From the IMG/VR virus record IMGVR_UViG_3300006120_000013: a stretch of 64,000 nucleotides of DNA. One strand, given 5' to 3'. Below are positions 19,113-29,430 of this stretch, one piece after another. The stretch is from an uncultured virus (IMG/VR IMGVR_UViG_3300006120_000013). Its lineage: Duplodnaviria; Heunggongvirae; Uroviricota; Caudoviricetes. Positions within the stretch are counted from its first letter, which is position 1; every line of letters begins with the position of its first letter. The position numbers and the translations under genes were made by a program. A model generated the notes under the pieces. The model was given only the letters and a program-made list of their open reading frames with translations. It did no database searches and was not told the origin of the DNA.

Positions 19113-21062
19113 ATGACACAACAAATTATTAATATAGGTAGCGGAGAATTAGCAGGTGACGGAGAAACACTTCGTTCGGCATTTTCAAAGATTAATGAAA
19201 ACTTTAACGATCTCTATTCGAATGAATTTAATGTAATAGTAAGTGATATTACTCCTAATAATTCAAGTACAGGTGAATTGTGGTTTAGTAGTCTCGATGG
19301 TAGATTGTATGTTTATTACGACACTACTTGGGTTGATGCTAATCCATCATCAAATGTTACAAATAAATTAACTAGTCCAGACACTAGCAAAATTGTAGTT
19401 TTAGATAATAGTGGTAATTTAACGTTGCCAAGTGGTGGTATTATTAAAAATCACGATGGTACACAATATGGCAGTAGTATTGATACTGGATCATTCCATT
19501 TTGATGGAAACACTCTAAACAGTAGCGGCATTAGTATGCAGTTAGTACCAGACGACGAAGGTGCTACATATATTGTTATTCCATCAAACGCTTATGGAGA
19601 ATTACAGCCTCTTACTATTGCTAATGGCTTAGGAGAGGTTGATATTGTATCCGCAGGAGGACAGTGGACATTTGGACATGATGGTGTATTAGCATTAGCA
19701 GGCGATTTAAACTTTATATACGGTGGTGCTATATTTGAAGGCGGACATGGTATAGCAGGTCGTAGTTGGAGAACAGGATTAAACATTGTAGGTAGTCAGA
19801 CTACACCAACAGACCCAATACGCATTTATCCAGCAGGCGAAGACGGCAAAGGTTTTGGCATGGGCACAGTCAATGTTAAAAACGATTGTGTTGAGATTTA
19901 TGGTAATAATCAAGGCGACGGCAATGGTGTTAAGTGGACATTTGCTCATGATGGTACATTAACATTACCATCTAACGGTAATTTGAATTTTGGACAACCT
20001 TCTATAAGAGCACCTAATGTTTCATATAAAAACGAATTAATAACATTATATGATTTTCAAAATTTAGGACATGAAATAAATTACGGTATCGGAGTTGAGA
20101 ATCACAATATATGGATGGCGGTTGATGCTTCAACAGCAGGATTTAAATGGTATGCTGGTGAAACTTCAATATTACAACTAAACGGTGACGGAACTATTTC
20201 GTTCTTAAACAATACATTAAAGACACCTGTAAGTTCTGGGGCATATATTGATGGTATATCCTCAATATCTTTAGAAACACCATTTACTAATCCTTTAATA
20301 TTTGCGGGACAACCTGCTACATGGGTTACTAATGGCTTAAAGATTGTAATATCTGGAGTTTCAATACCTAGTGAAGTAAATGGAACTTGGTATATTCAAA
20401 GTTATAATAGTTATGGATTTAGAATATTCCACGATGCGGCACTAACACAGCCAGTTGACGCAAGTAGTTGGTCAGGATATACTGGCGGTGGACAAATTTT
20501 TTACGCCCCAACTTCATCAAACCTTAACGTAGATATAAATTCAAATGTTTGGACATTTGGCACAGACGGTACACTTAATCTTCCACTATTAGTAACTAGT
20601 AACGCAATTATTCAAACACCAGGCACTATAACTCTTAAAGCCATAAATGCTAATTTCAACTTTGGGTGGGATGGTAGTTTAACACTTCCTGGATTAATTT
20701 TAGCCAAACAGGGATTACCAGGTACTAATGCTGGTTATAGTTTCGGCGGTACTGAAGGTGGTAGCGATACTGGTATGTTTAGTAACCAAGATGGACACTT
20801 AAAATTCTACACTAATAATAGATTAGTGTCTGAACTTACAGATAATGATACTCATTTATATGTTTACTCTGCTGATTATAATACTACTTACGATTGGCAT
20901 TTTGATAGAACAGGTGAATTAACCGTACCAACAGGTGGAACTATTTCATATTCACCAACAACTCCAAGTAATTGGAACGGTACCGCACCCACTACAATAC
21001 AAGAAGCATTAGATAGAATAGCCGCACTACTTAAAACACTAAATGGTGGTGTTGGTGCTTAA
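19113..21062 (+). CDS. Tail fibre-like protein with gp9/gp10-like N-terminus
   Basis: INIG...GDGETLRSAFSKINENF; GELWF..DGRLYVYY..WVD module; repeated WTF..DG.L.LP units. Confidence 0.7.
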   Translation: MTQQIINIGSGELAGDGETLRSAFSKINENFNDLYSNEFNVIVSDITPNNSSTGELWFSSLDGRLYVYYDTTWVDANPSSNVTNKLTSPDTSKIVVLDNSGNLTLPSGGIIKNHDGTQYGSSIDTGSFHFDGNTLNSSGISMQLVPDDEGATYIVIPSNAYGELQPLTIANGLGEVDIVSAGGQWTFGHDGVLALAGDLNFIYGGAIFEGGHGIAGRSWRTGLNIVGSQTTPTDPIRIYPAGEDGKGFGMGTVNVKNDCVEIYGNNQGDGNGVKWTFAHDGTLTLPSNGNLNFGQPSIRAPNVSYKNELITLYDFQNLGHEINYGIGVENHNIWMAVDASTAGFKWYAGETSILQLNGDGTISFLNNTLKTPVSSGAYIDGISSISLETPFTNPLIFAGQPATWVTNGLKIVISGVSIPSEVNGTWYIQSYNSYGFRIFHDAALTQPVDASSWSGYTGGGQIFYAPTSSNLNVDINSNVWTFGTDGTLNLPLLVTSNAIIQTPGTITLKAINANFNFGWDGSLTLPGLILAKQGLPGTNAGYSFGGTEGGSDTGMFSNQDGHLKFYTNNRLVSELTDNDTHLYVYSADYNTTYDWHFDRTGELTVPTGGTISYSPTTPSNWNGTAPTTIQEALDRIAALLKTLNGGVGA

Positions 21063-21094
21063 CGATAAATATCGAATAACAAGGACAACTAAAG

Positions 21095-22648
21095 ATGGCC
21101 ATATTAAATTTTCCAAGTAATCCAAATGTAGGAGATCAGTATACTGGCGATAACGGTACTACATATATTTGGGATGGTGTTAAATGGGTAGGTCATGCTG
21201 CTGCTGGAACTGCTGGCACAAATAGCATTTATAGTGGATCAAATGTTTTACAAGTAGATTCAGGTGGTAATCTTATTGCTCCAGCATATACATTTCCTAA
21301 TACAACAGGTACAACTGGACAAGTATTATCTTGGCCCGGTAGCGGAACTACCCTAGTATGGACTACTCAAAGCGGAGGAAGTGGTGGACCAACAGATAGA
21401 TTAATCAGTCCAGATACTACAAAAACATTTATATTAGACAATACTGGCACATTAACATTACCAAGTGGCGGATCCCTAACAAATGACAACGGACTATTAG
21501 GACCAGAAGGTGGTTATAGTTATATCAGTGATTACAATCAAAACAATTACTTCTATGTAGATGAAAATAGTTCTCAAATTGTTACACTTTATGGTCAATG
21601 GACATTTGATAACGATGGAAATATAACATTACCACTAGTAACAAAAATGAATTCAGGTGGTATTAATACTACCAATTCTGTAGAATTTGGTACAGAAGTA
21701 GCAACTGATCCTTATCCACCGTTTGGTATTGCTAATATCACTAACAGTGAAATTTATATGAGTGGTGGTTCAGCAGAAAGTCGCATCATCACAAATGCTA
21801 GTACAGGCAGTTTAATTTATACAGGTGTTGAGAATGTTGAATTACCAGGATTTGCTGGTATGGTTGCTATTGATCCAAATGTCGATAGCCAATACAGCAT
21901 CGATATAGATAGTAATGGAAATATATTATTAGGTGCTGTTCAAGAATATGGTACATTAACATCAACAGATGGATATACAGCAGGATTAGGTGTTCTTAAT
22001 TATAATTATACAATAAATGGTATATTGGCTAATCAAAGTATAACAGCATTAACTGGATCAATAGGTATTTCAATGAAGACTGATCGTGGGCAGATATGGT
22101 TTGGTAATCAACCAGAACCAGGCGGACCTACACACTTCCACATAATGAAAGGTTCGCTTAGTTATGGAAATATGGATCTTATCTTCGGAGACGACTTTAA
22201 CTTCATCAAATTACCTTATTCAGAAGACAATGTAACAATTACAGCAACAACTTCTGGTATTCAAGCAACATGGCAATTTAGTGGGGACGAAGGTACTTTA
22301 ACTTTACCAAATGGTTCAGAAATTTATGCGCTCTCTCCTACTAACACCGTTATTGCTGGTCCACAGAATTTCTCAATTTATACAACAGAATCTCCAGGAT
22401 GGACTTTCCAAACTGATGATGGTTTACGTTTTCCAGATAATACTGTACAGACTACTGCTTGGGATTATCGTAATTTAGAAAATATTGATATGGATGGCGG
22501 AGCAGCCAGCACAGTATACAGCGTGAATGTTAGATTTGCTGAAGGTGGTGCGGCTGGTACGAGATTTAGCAACACAGATCCTAACTACAATGGTGCTAGC
22601 GCATACGGTGCTGAACCAGAATTTACTTTAGACGGCGGAAGAGCATAA
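21095..22648 (+). CDS. Tail fibre-like protein
   Basis: LNFPSNP.VGDQY...YIWDGVKW N-terminus; W.F..DG.L.LP repeats; FPDNTVQTTA; late promoter at 21065-21071. Confidence 0.7.
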   Translation: MAILNFPSNPNVGDQYTGDNGTTYIWDGVKWVGHAAAGTAGTNSIYSGSNVLQVDSGGNLIAPAYTFPNTTGTTGQVLSWPGSGTTLVWTTQSGGSGGPTDRLISPDTTKTFILDNTGTLTLPSGGSLTNDNGLLGPEGGYSYISDYNQNNYFYVDENSSQIVTLYGQWTFDNDGNITLPLVTKMNSGGINTTNSVEFGTEVATDPYPPFGIANITNSEIYMSGGSAESRIITNASTGSLIYTGVENVELPGFAGMVAIDPNVDSQYSIDIDSNGNILLGAVQEYGTLTSTDGYTAGLGVLNYNYTINGILANQSITALTGSIGISMKTDRGQIWFGNQPEPGGPTHFHIMKGSLSYGNMDLIFGDDFNFIKLPYSEDNVTITATTSGIQATWQFSGDEGTLTLPNGSEIYALSPTNTVIAGPQNFSIYTTESPGWTFQTDDGLRFPDNTVQTTAWDYRNLENIDMDGGAASTVYSVNVRFAEGGAAGTRFSNTDPNYNGASAYGAEPEFTLDGGRA

Positions 22649-23712
22649 TGGCAAACAGAATACAACTAAGACGAGATCACAGCACAAACTGGACTAGGAT
22701 AAATCCCGTCCTTAGCGACGGTGAACCAGGTTTAGAAATAGACACTAATAAGGTCAAATATGGCAATGGAGCCACAGCCTGGCGTGATTTAGGTTATGCT
22801 GGTGCTGGGTTTCGCTATGCCCGCATACAAGAAGGAATTCCATCAACACCCTTAACCAGCATCACAGGCATAGATGACGATGGCCTAAGTCTAACCAGCA
22901 ATAATTTCGCACAGTTAATGTGGGTACCTAATACCGATACTGTAACACTAGTTGATATCAACGGAGACACTGGAGGTCCCGCTCATTTCAGTTGGGCCTA
23001 TGTGGATGATACGGGATTTAATGTAGAAAACAAGCAACCAAGTTCGAATTTTAATTGGCAGTTTAATTTCGACGGCTCCACGCAGTTCCCTTATTATAAA
23101 TTTCCAACCGCAGATGGTTCGGCCAATCAGGTATTAAAGACCGACGGCAATGGAACATTGAGCTGGACTACTATATCTGCCACCACAAATCAACTGGTCA
23201 GCGGCAGTTTTACAGTAAGTTTAGATAGTGGCACAGGTGTATTAACCGTACCTGGATTTATGAATTTAACCTACAGCCAAGGTGGCGCCGATACAATGAA
23301 CTTTGGCACAGGCCCTGGAGGTGGAAGTATCAATGCCACGTCAGGCAAAAGCATTTATCTAACCACCAATGGAGGTGACGAACAGTGGGTTTTTGGCACA
23401 GATGGTGTTTTAACTCTAAGCACCTCAAGTACAATCCTAGGTAATAATGTTGATCCTAATGTCTATATCGAAACAGTCAGTGGCGGTACAACAAATACTT
23501 GGACATTTAGTACAACTGGTACATTAACATTACCAGACGGTGGTACATTAAGAATCAAAGGATCACCACCAAACACTAGCAAAGGTGTAGCAGGTGATAA
23601 GGCAGGTATGATAGCATTTAGCACAGGATTTATCTATCATTGTTACAATGATTACACAGACGGTACTGGAGATATCTGGGGTCGCGTTGCTATAGATAAC
23701 GGTACTTTCTAA
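22648..23712 (+). CDS. Tail fibre protein with Mtd-N-like N-terminal domain
   Basis: RIQLRRD..NW...NPVL.DGEPGLE.DT.K.K.GNG...W..L; PTADGSANQVLKTDGNGTLSW. Confidence 0.7.
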   Translation: MANRIQLRRDHSTNWTRINPVLSDGEPGLEIDTNKVKYGNGATAWRDLGYAGAGFRYARIQEGIPSTPLTSITGIDDDGLSLTSNNFAQLMWVPNTDTVTLVDINGDTGGPAHFSWAYVDDTGFNVENKQPSSNFNWQFNFDGSTQFPYYKFPTADGSANQVLKTDGNGTLSWTTISATTNQLVSGSFTVSLDSGTGVLTVPGFMNLTYSQGGADTMNFGTGPGGGSINATSGKSIYLTTNGGDEQWVFGTDGVLTLSTSSTILGNNVDPNVYIETVSGGTTNTWTFSTTGTLTLPDGGTLRIKGSPPNTSKGVAGDKAGMIAFSTGFIYHCYNDYTDGTGDIWGRVAIDNGTF

Positions 23713-23713
23713 T

Positions 23714-25069
23714 ATGTCAATAACTATTCGTTCAGCACAGACTATACGAAACGGAGTAACTCTGCGGGGAAATAGAGGAGACTATATTTTATACCTAGAT
23801 GCAGCCAATCCTGCCAGTTATCCAGGAACAGGCGGTACTTGGTATGATCTCAGTGGTTACGGACGTGATGCCACTCTAGTGAACGCTCCTACTTTTAACT
23901 ACAATTCTATCGATTTTGATTATAACAGCAGTCAATTCGCTGTGATAGGTCCAACCGATATGTTTAGCGGTGGAGATATGACTGCTATTGGTTGGGTCTA
24001 TATCCGCAGTTACCAAAGCTGGAGCAGATTATTTGATTTTGGTAATGGCGAACTACAAAATAATGTCTTAATAGCCATCAGTGAAGGAACATTTGGTCTT
24101 CCTGTTTATAGCACTATTGGGGGGGATGACATATACAGTAGTCAAACACTTCCCTTAAATCAATGGGTACAATTAGTGGCTGTACAATCAGGTTCTAATG
24201 GTTTAATATACATTAACGGAACACAGGTTGCTAATGCTACTAACACAGGAATAGCTAGTGTTACAAGAAATTACAATTATATAGGTCGCAGTAACTGGCC
24301 TAGTGATGCTTATCTAGACGGCAAAGTGTCTAGTCTAAAGATATGGAACCGTGCCCTAACTGTTAGTGAAATCCTAGCAGACTATAATAACAATCGACCT
24401 ACTTCACTTCCTATATTATTTGAACTAGATGCCAAACACTATTCCGGCTCTGGCACAGACTGGGTGGATCTTAGCAACCATGGACGAGATGCTACCATAT
24501 ATGGCAATCCTTCCTGGGACAACAGCGATGCGGGTGGCAGTTTCGTCTTTACACACGATACCACTCAATATATTGAAGTACCAGGTAGTAGTAGCGGTTG
24601 GGGGTTAAACACCGCCAGTAACAATCCCAATGCTAGTTTTAGCGTATGGGCCAAGATTTCTCCTTTTGGATATTTTCAACACATTGCTGGATGGCGTGGT
24701 GGACTAAACTTCTGGTTCCTTATATCACCCACTGGCCAAGTAGAAGCCAGATTTGATGGCGGAACACCTCTAGATATAAATCTAGATTATACTCCCTATT
24801 ACAACACATGGACTCAGGCTACATTTGTCGTTGATTCTGCTAACAGCCAAACTAGGATTTATATCAATGGTACACTGGTAGGAAGTCACGATAGCATCAC
24901 GGGTGTATTTGGAACAGGATCTACTAACTTTAGATTAGGTTGTGATGCTGTGGGTGATAACTTTGCTATGAATGGTAAAATAGGTGGGGCTATAGCCTAT
25001 AGCCGAGCCCTTACACAAGAGGAAATTACCGAGGAATTTAATAGAACCAAGACAAGGTACGGACTATGA
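23714..25069 (+). CDS. Tandem LamG/concanavalin A-like lectin domain protein (putative receptor binding)
   Basis: Two copies of L.LDA....SY.G.G..W.DLS..GRDAT...IYINGT...I..RALT..EI. Confidence 0.75.
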   Translation: MSITIRSAQTIRNGVTLRGNRGDYILYLDAANPASYPGTGGTWYDLSGYGRDATLVNAPTFNYNSIDFDYNSSQFAVIGPTDMFSGGDMTAIGWVYIRSYQSWSRLFDFGNGELQNNVLIAISEGTFGLPVYSTIGGDDIYSSQTLPLNQWVQLVAVQSGSNGLIYINGTQVANATNTGIASVTRNYNYIGRSNWPSDAYLDGKVSSLKIWNRALTVSEILADYNNNRPTSLPILFELDAKHYSGSGTDWVDLSNHGRDATIYGNPSWDNSDAGGSFVFTHDTTQYIEVPGSSSGWGLNTASNNPNASFSVWAKISPFGYFQHIAGWRGGLNFWFLISPTGQVEARFDGGTPLDINLDYTPYYNTWTQATFVVDSANSQTRIYINGTLVGSHDSITGVFGTGSTNFRLGCDAVGDNFAMNGKIGGAIAYSRALTQEEITEEFNRTKTRYGL

Positions 25070-25106
25070 ACCTAACTAACATAAATACGAATATCGGAGA
25101 TATCAA

Positions 25107-27557
25107 ATGGCAAGTAAAATTCAACTAAGAAGAGACCTAGCCGCAAGTTGGGGAAATATAAACCCAATACTAGCGCAGGGCGAACCTGGTGCGGAACTAG
25201 ATACGGGTAAAATGAAGTTGGGAGACGGGATAACAGCCTGGAATCAACTGCCCTACACTAGTTCAAATGATTACGAAGACAAGTTTGTTTTCTTATTTTC
25301 AGGAGGCGATTATTATGCCGCAGGAAACAGCACCAGCCGTGATGGCTTACACTGGACTGGAACTGATATCAACAGCGAATTTTGGAATGGCGATTACAAC
25401 AGTTCCTATGCTTATGACCTAGCAGTAGGCAATGGTCGTGTGGCTTATCTAGTTTATAATGAAATCTTTGATCGTAACCTTGTGATGTACAGCGAAACTC
25501 CAGGTAGTGCCTTAGTGGATCCAAACATCACTAGATTCCTAGAAGAACAAGGAGCCAACATACAGCGCAGTTGGGTTACCAGCCAAGACTTCTATAACTA
25601 TCTGTTTAGCAACAGTGGTAATCAAAACTGGGTCACAGTGTTCGGTCCAAACGGTGAACCTATCAATTGGCAAGGTATCAAATTCCAAGGCGGTTATTTC
25701 ATAGCCTATGGTAGTTATTTAGACTCAGTAATCAATGATGGTCGCGAGCGTCCTTACTTTGTCTACAGCACAGATGCTGTACATTGGACACGCGGTTATG
25801 TGGATTTGACTTTTGTTACCAACAAAATGGACGCATACGCCAATACCTACAATAACAACTCCAATGATTATGCCATTAGGGGTGTAAACTACAACGGTCA
25901 TGGTTGGTTGTTTAACATGAAGTACTGGTGGGACAGTATCGACAATGATACATCTACTGGTGCTTTTTACTTGACCGATCTTTCAATGGGATTCACCAGC
26001 GACAGTTGGTTCCCAATGAACGGCGCCTACAGCATGAATTTTGATGGACAAGGTTGGGGCGGATACATGGGTGATGACCGCATGATATTCAACAGCAACA
26101 CAGATCCACGAGTGGGTGGTTGGCGAGAAGTCAATATTAGCGATGCCCAACAGGAAGTATGGGGAGATCATGCTAGTACCAATTGGAGCGGCAGTCGTTC
26201 ATTTGTAGCTGGTCCTCTAGCAGATGGTACTCCTATGTTCATGGTACCACTCGGTAATGGTCGTGTTCTGACCACTACCAATCAAGGCGCCAGTTTTGGT
26301 GGATCAACTCCTGCCGCTCGTGTAGACAGCATCGTAGACTTCTACGGTGCCAGTCCTGCTGAGATACTTACATACAATGAAAACAACAGTGGCAATACTG
26401 GTATACAACAGGTAGTGATCACCGGATCACTGAATGGTCAGGCAGATGGAACATTCTATGCCCAGCAATATGATGACTATGCTTATAAACTTTATCATGA
26501 CTATGCTCTAAGTTATCCAGTCGACGGCACAGGTTGGACTAATGGTAATTTATTCGATAATGCCTATATCACATTTACACAGCAAGGTATAGAACTAATT
26601 TATATTACCTACGGTGGTGGCAAGTTCGTAGCATTCAGCGATAACTGTGCCAACAACTACATGACCGAAGATGGCTATAACTGGAAATATGGTTTTGCGT
26701 GGAATGTGGTAGGTGATTTTGATTTTAACGCAGAACATATCGCCTATGGTCGTGTTAGCACAGATGGACAGATTGTAGTCAATGATGAAACTTACCCAGG
26801 TGGTGCTAACAGCCTTACATTGGGCAACAACTTTGATGTACAGGTCAACAGCGGAGATCCATTATCATCTGAGACACAGAATAATGGCAATGGTCGAGAT
26901 TTGTCGGATGGTACTGGCTATCTAAGCATCCGTCCTTATAACGCTCAGTGGCGTATTGGCGCTTATGGTAGAACCGACGGAGGCCCAAACCCATACAGTT
27001 TCCTAGGTTCAGATGACTACTATGATACATTTAATGGTCCAGATTACAGCGGTCAGCCATCATATTTTCCTGGAGGTCCAGACATACGACTAACCACATT
27101 CTGGGGTGACTGGTATTTTACATCTAATCCTACTCACGATTATAATCAACTTATAATGTCAAACGATGCCGATATCGTAACGGTAGATCAAGAAAGTTTC
27201 TTGAAAGATATACCTCGTAATTATCAAACCAGTGCTACAAGTTATACATTGGCATTGACTGATCGTGGTAGATTTGTTTGGTTTGATGGTACAGCAGGCA
27301 ATGTCACTGTAACCCTTCCGGCCAATGCCACTACAAATTTCCCTATTGGTGCTAGGATACAGTTAGGCATCTCAGGTGTTACTGACAACAGTAGGCAGAT
27401 AACTGTAACACCCGCAGGAGGAGTAACACTAAGAGGCAGAGAAGACAACAACAGTCCAGGTGCTGGTTCGTTGATCATCCGTAGCGATATGTTAGTAACT
27501 TTGACACAGGTTGATACAGACTTTTGGATCCTAAGCGGCCCATACATAACAGATTAA
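25107..27557 (+). CDS. Tail fibre/receptor-binding protein with Mtd-N-like N-terminus and beta-propeller-like repeats
   Basis: KIQLRRD...NPILAQGEPG.ELDTGKMK.GDG; S.DG..W Asp-box-like repeats; C-terminal SYTL..TD.G...VTLP....FPIG module; late promoter at 25081-25087. Confidence 0.7.
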   Translation: MASKIQLRRDLAASWGNINPILAQGEPGAELDTGKMKLGDGITAWNQLPYTSSNDYEDKFVFLFSGGDYYAAGNSTSRDGLHWTGTDINSEFWNGDYNSSYAYDLAVGNGRVAYLVYNEIFDRNLVMYSETPGSALVDPNITRFLEEQGANIQRSWVTSQDFYNYLFSNSGNQNWVTVFGPNGEPINWQGIKFQGGYFIAYGSYLDSVINDGRERPYFVYSTDAVHWTRGYVDLTFVTNKMDAYANTYNNNSNDYAIRGVNYNGHGWLFNMKYWWDSIDNDTSTGAFYLTDLSMGFTSDSWFPMNGAYSMNFDGQGWGGYMGDDRMIFNSNTDPRVGGWREVNISDAQQEVWGDHASTNWSGSRSFVAGPLADGTPMFMVPLGNGRVLTTTNQGASFGGSTPAARVDSIVDFYGASPAEILTYNENNSGNTGIQQVVITGSLNGQADGTFYAQQYDDYAYKLYHDYALSYPVDGTGWTNGNLFDNAYITFTQQGIELIYITYGGGKFVAFSDNCANNYMTEDGYNWKYGFAWNVVGDFDFNAEHIAYGRVSTDGQIVVNDETYPGGANSLTLGNNFDVQVNSGDPLSSETQNNGNGRDLSDGTGYLSIRPYNAQWRIGAYGRTDGGPNPYSFLGSDDYYDTFNGPDYSGQPSYFPGGPDIRLTTFWGDWYFTSNPTHDYNQLIMSNDADIVTVDQESFLKDIPRNYQTSATSYTLALTDRGRFVWFDGTAGNVTVTLPANATTNFPIGARIQLGISGVTDNSRQITVTPAGGVTLRGREDNNSPGAGSLIIRSDMLVTLTQVDTDFWILSGPYITD

Positions 27558-27569
27558 GGAAGACATAAC

Positions 27570-28025
27570 ATGACATTAAGACAAGTAAAAAGAGCCAGCG
27601 ATCTACATCCTAAAGCCGCAGGTCCCAAACCACAGGCTGTAGTATGGAGTGCTATAGGAGATGATACTGAAACCAAACTGAGTGTGGTCTTGTTAACTAA
27701 ACACGGTGCCTCAGTTACAGTTAACAAGTTAGACAATAACCCTACACTAAAAACACAGTTTACTACCACTTATCCTGAACAGAAAAAATTACCTTATATT
27801 GTAGTTGACGGGACTGCTATCGGTGGATTTAAAGAACTAAAATTAAATCCTACTTACTCTTTAATTAAGGCACCTACTCCAAAGGCTGCTCCAGTTAAAC
27901 CAACCAAATTTGGTAATGGTAGTGGTATAACTCCAATAGCAGAAGGACAAAAAGCATATAATTCAATTCGTGCTCCTAAGGCACCAGTTGTACCAAAGAC
28001 TCTACCAGAGGCACCAAAGAAGTAA
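27570..28025 (+). CDS. Glutaredoxin-like protein lacking the active-site cysteines, with Pro/Lys-rich tails
   Basis: AVVWS...LLTKHG...LPYIVVDGTAIGGFKEL; no Cys in the protein. Confidence 0.5.
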   Translation: MTLRQVKRASDLHPKAAGPKPQAVVWSAIGDDTETKLSVVLLTKHGASVTVNKLDNNPTLKTQFTTTYPEQKKLPYIVVDGTAIGGFKELKLNPTYSLIKAPTPKAAPVKPTKFGNGSGITPIAEGQKAYNSIRAPKAPVVPKTLPEAPKK

Positions 28026-28027
28026 TT

Positions 28028-28843
28028 ATGTTAAAGAGAGAACCTAGATACCCAAACAGAACTTTAGCAATAAGTCCTACGCCAAGATATAATTGGCGTC
28101 CGGATAAATCAGATTCAAGAGATTATATATTTGAAAAATTAAACACTATTCCGGCAACTTTGCCCCCTAGTGTTGACCTAAGATCTCATTGTCCACCTAT
28201 TGTAGATCAAGGACAAGTTGGATCATGTACTGGTTGTGCTATTGCCGGTATTATTGGTTACTACGATAATACACATAATAAAAGCGGGATTGTTGTTAGT
28301 AGATTGTTTATCTATTATCAAGAACGCCTTTTAGAAGGTACTATTTATTATGATGCTGGTGCTTATATACGTGACGGTATTAAAGCATGTAATCAATGGG
28401 GTGCTCCTCTAGAAACACTTTGGCCATATCTAGCAAATAAAGTAACTACTCGTCCTAGCACTGGAGCATATACTGATGCTGCTAAACGCAAAGCGGGTAC
28501 TTATCAAAAAGTTACTACACAAGCGGCAGGTATTAAAGCCTCACTGAATCTTGGATTTCCTGTAGTGGTTGGATTTACTGTTTATGCAAGTTTTGAAGGT
28601 AATACAAATAATACAACAGGCATGATGCCTTATCCTAATACTTCTTCAGAACAAATATTAGGTGGACATGCTGTAGCAGTTGTAGGTTATGATGATAACT
28701 TGAATGGTGGTAGATTTATTTGCCGTAATAGTTGGGGAACTAATTGGGGTGATCATGGTTACTTCTATATGCCTTACCAAGTTATTAACAATGCCAATAT
28801 GAGTAGCGACTTCTGGGCAATCACTGGCGTAAGTAATCCATAA
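28028..28843 (+). CDS. Papain-like (C1A) cysteine protease
   Basis: LPPSVDLR, DQGQVGSCTG, GGHAVAVVGYD, RNSWG..WGDHGYF. Confidence 0.9.
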   Translation: MLKREPRYPNRTLAISPTPRYNWRPDKSDSRDYIFEKLNTIPATLPPSVDLRSHCPPIVDQGQVGSCTGCAIAGIIGYYDNTHNKSGIVVSRLFIYYQERLLEGTIYYDAGAYIRDGIKACNQWGAPLETLWPYLANKVTTRPSTGAYTDAAKRKAGTYQKVTTQAAGIKASLNLGFPVVVGFTVYASFEGNTNNTTGMMPYPNTSSEQILGGHAVAVVGYDDNLNGGRFICRNSWGTNWGDHGYFYMPYQVINNANMSSDFWAITGVSNP

Positions 28844-28884
28844 CACTTGACTTTGTTGACATAAGATATTATATTACTAATATT

Positions 28885-29073
28885 ATGTCAAAGAAGTGCG
28901 AACTTATTCATCCAGAAACTGGCAAGAAAATGCTTGCTGAAATCCTTCAGCAGGACAAGTTACGTATGACTGTTCGCCCAGATGGCACTAAAATTGAGAT
29001 CTTTTTAGTGCGTGGCGACACTACGATCCCCTATCGAGGACGCTTCAAAGGTCAGTACTTCACAGTCCAATAA
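28885..29073 (+). CDS. Hypothetical protein
   Basis: 62 aa, preceded by TTGACT-N17-TATATT at 28847-28875. Confidence 0.55.
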   Translation: MSKKCELIHPETGKKMLAEILQQDKLRMTVRPDGTKIEIFLVRGDTTIPYRGRFKGQYFTVQ

Positions 29074-29104
29074 TTTGATAAATATCCTATAGAAGGATAG
29101 AACC

Positions 29105-29428
29105 ATGAAAATTCTTGAACTTATGGAAGCAGTTACTCAAAGCGACTTCATGAGAGAAGATTGGCAAAAAGTCAATAAGAAAGATAAAACAGACGGTATG
29201 AGTAAAAAAGCCGTTAAAGCCTATCGCCGTGAACATCCTGGCAGTAAACTAAAAACTGCTGTTACTACCAAACCAAGCAAATTGAAAAAAGGTTCTAAGG
29301 ACGCTAAAAGACGCAAGAGTTTCTGTGCTAGAATGAGTGGCATGAAAAAGAAAAATGCTAGTGCTAAAACTAAGAGAGATCCAGACAGCCCAATCAATAA
29401 GGCATTGCGTCGTTGGAACTGTGAGTAA
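29105..29428 (+). CDS. Small basic protein, putative internal head protein
   Basis: MKILELMEA leader; very Lys/Arg-rich (RRKSFCARM...ALRRWNC); late promoter at 29078-29084. Confidence 0.6.
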   Translation: MKILELMEAVTQSDFMREDWQKVNKKDKTDGMSKKAVKAYRREHPGSKLKTAVTTKPSKLKKGSKDAKRRKSFCARMSGMKKKNASAKTKRDPDSPINKALRRWNCE

Positions 29429-29430
29429 TT

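Noticed and set aside
22648..27557. Diversity-generating retroelement suggested by Mtd-N-like fibre domains
   Set aside because: No reverse transcriptase and no template/variable repeat pair differing at adenines was seen in the window.
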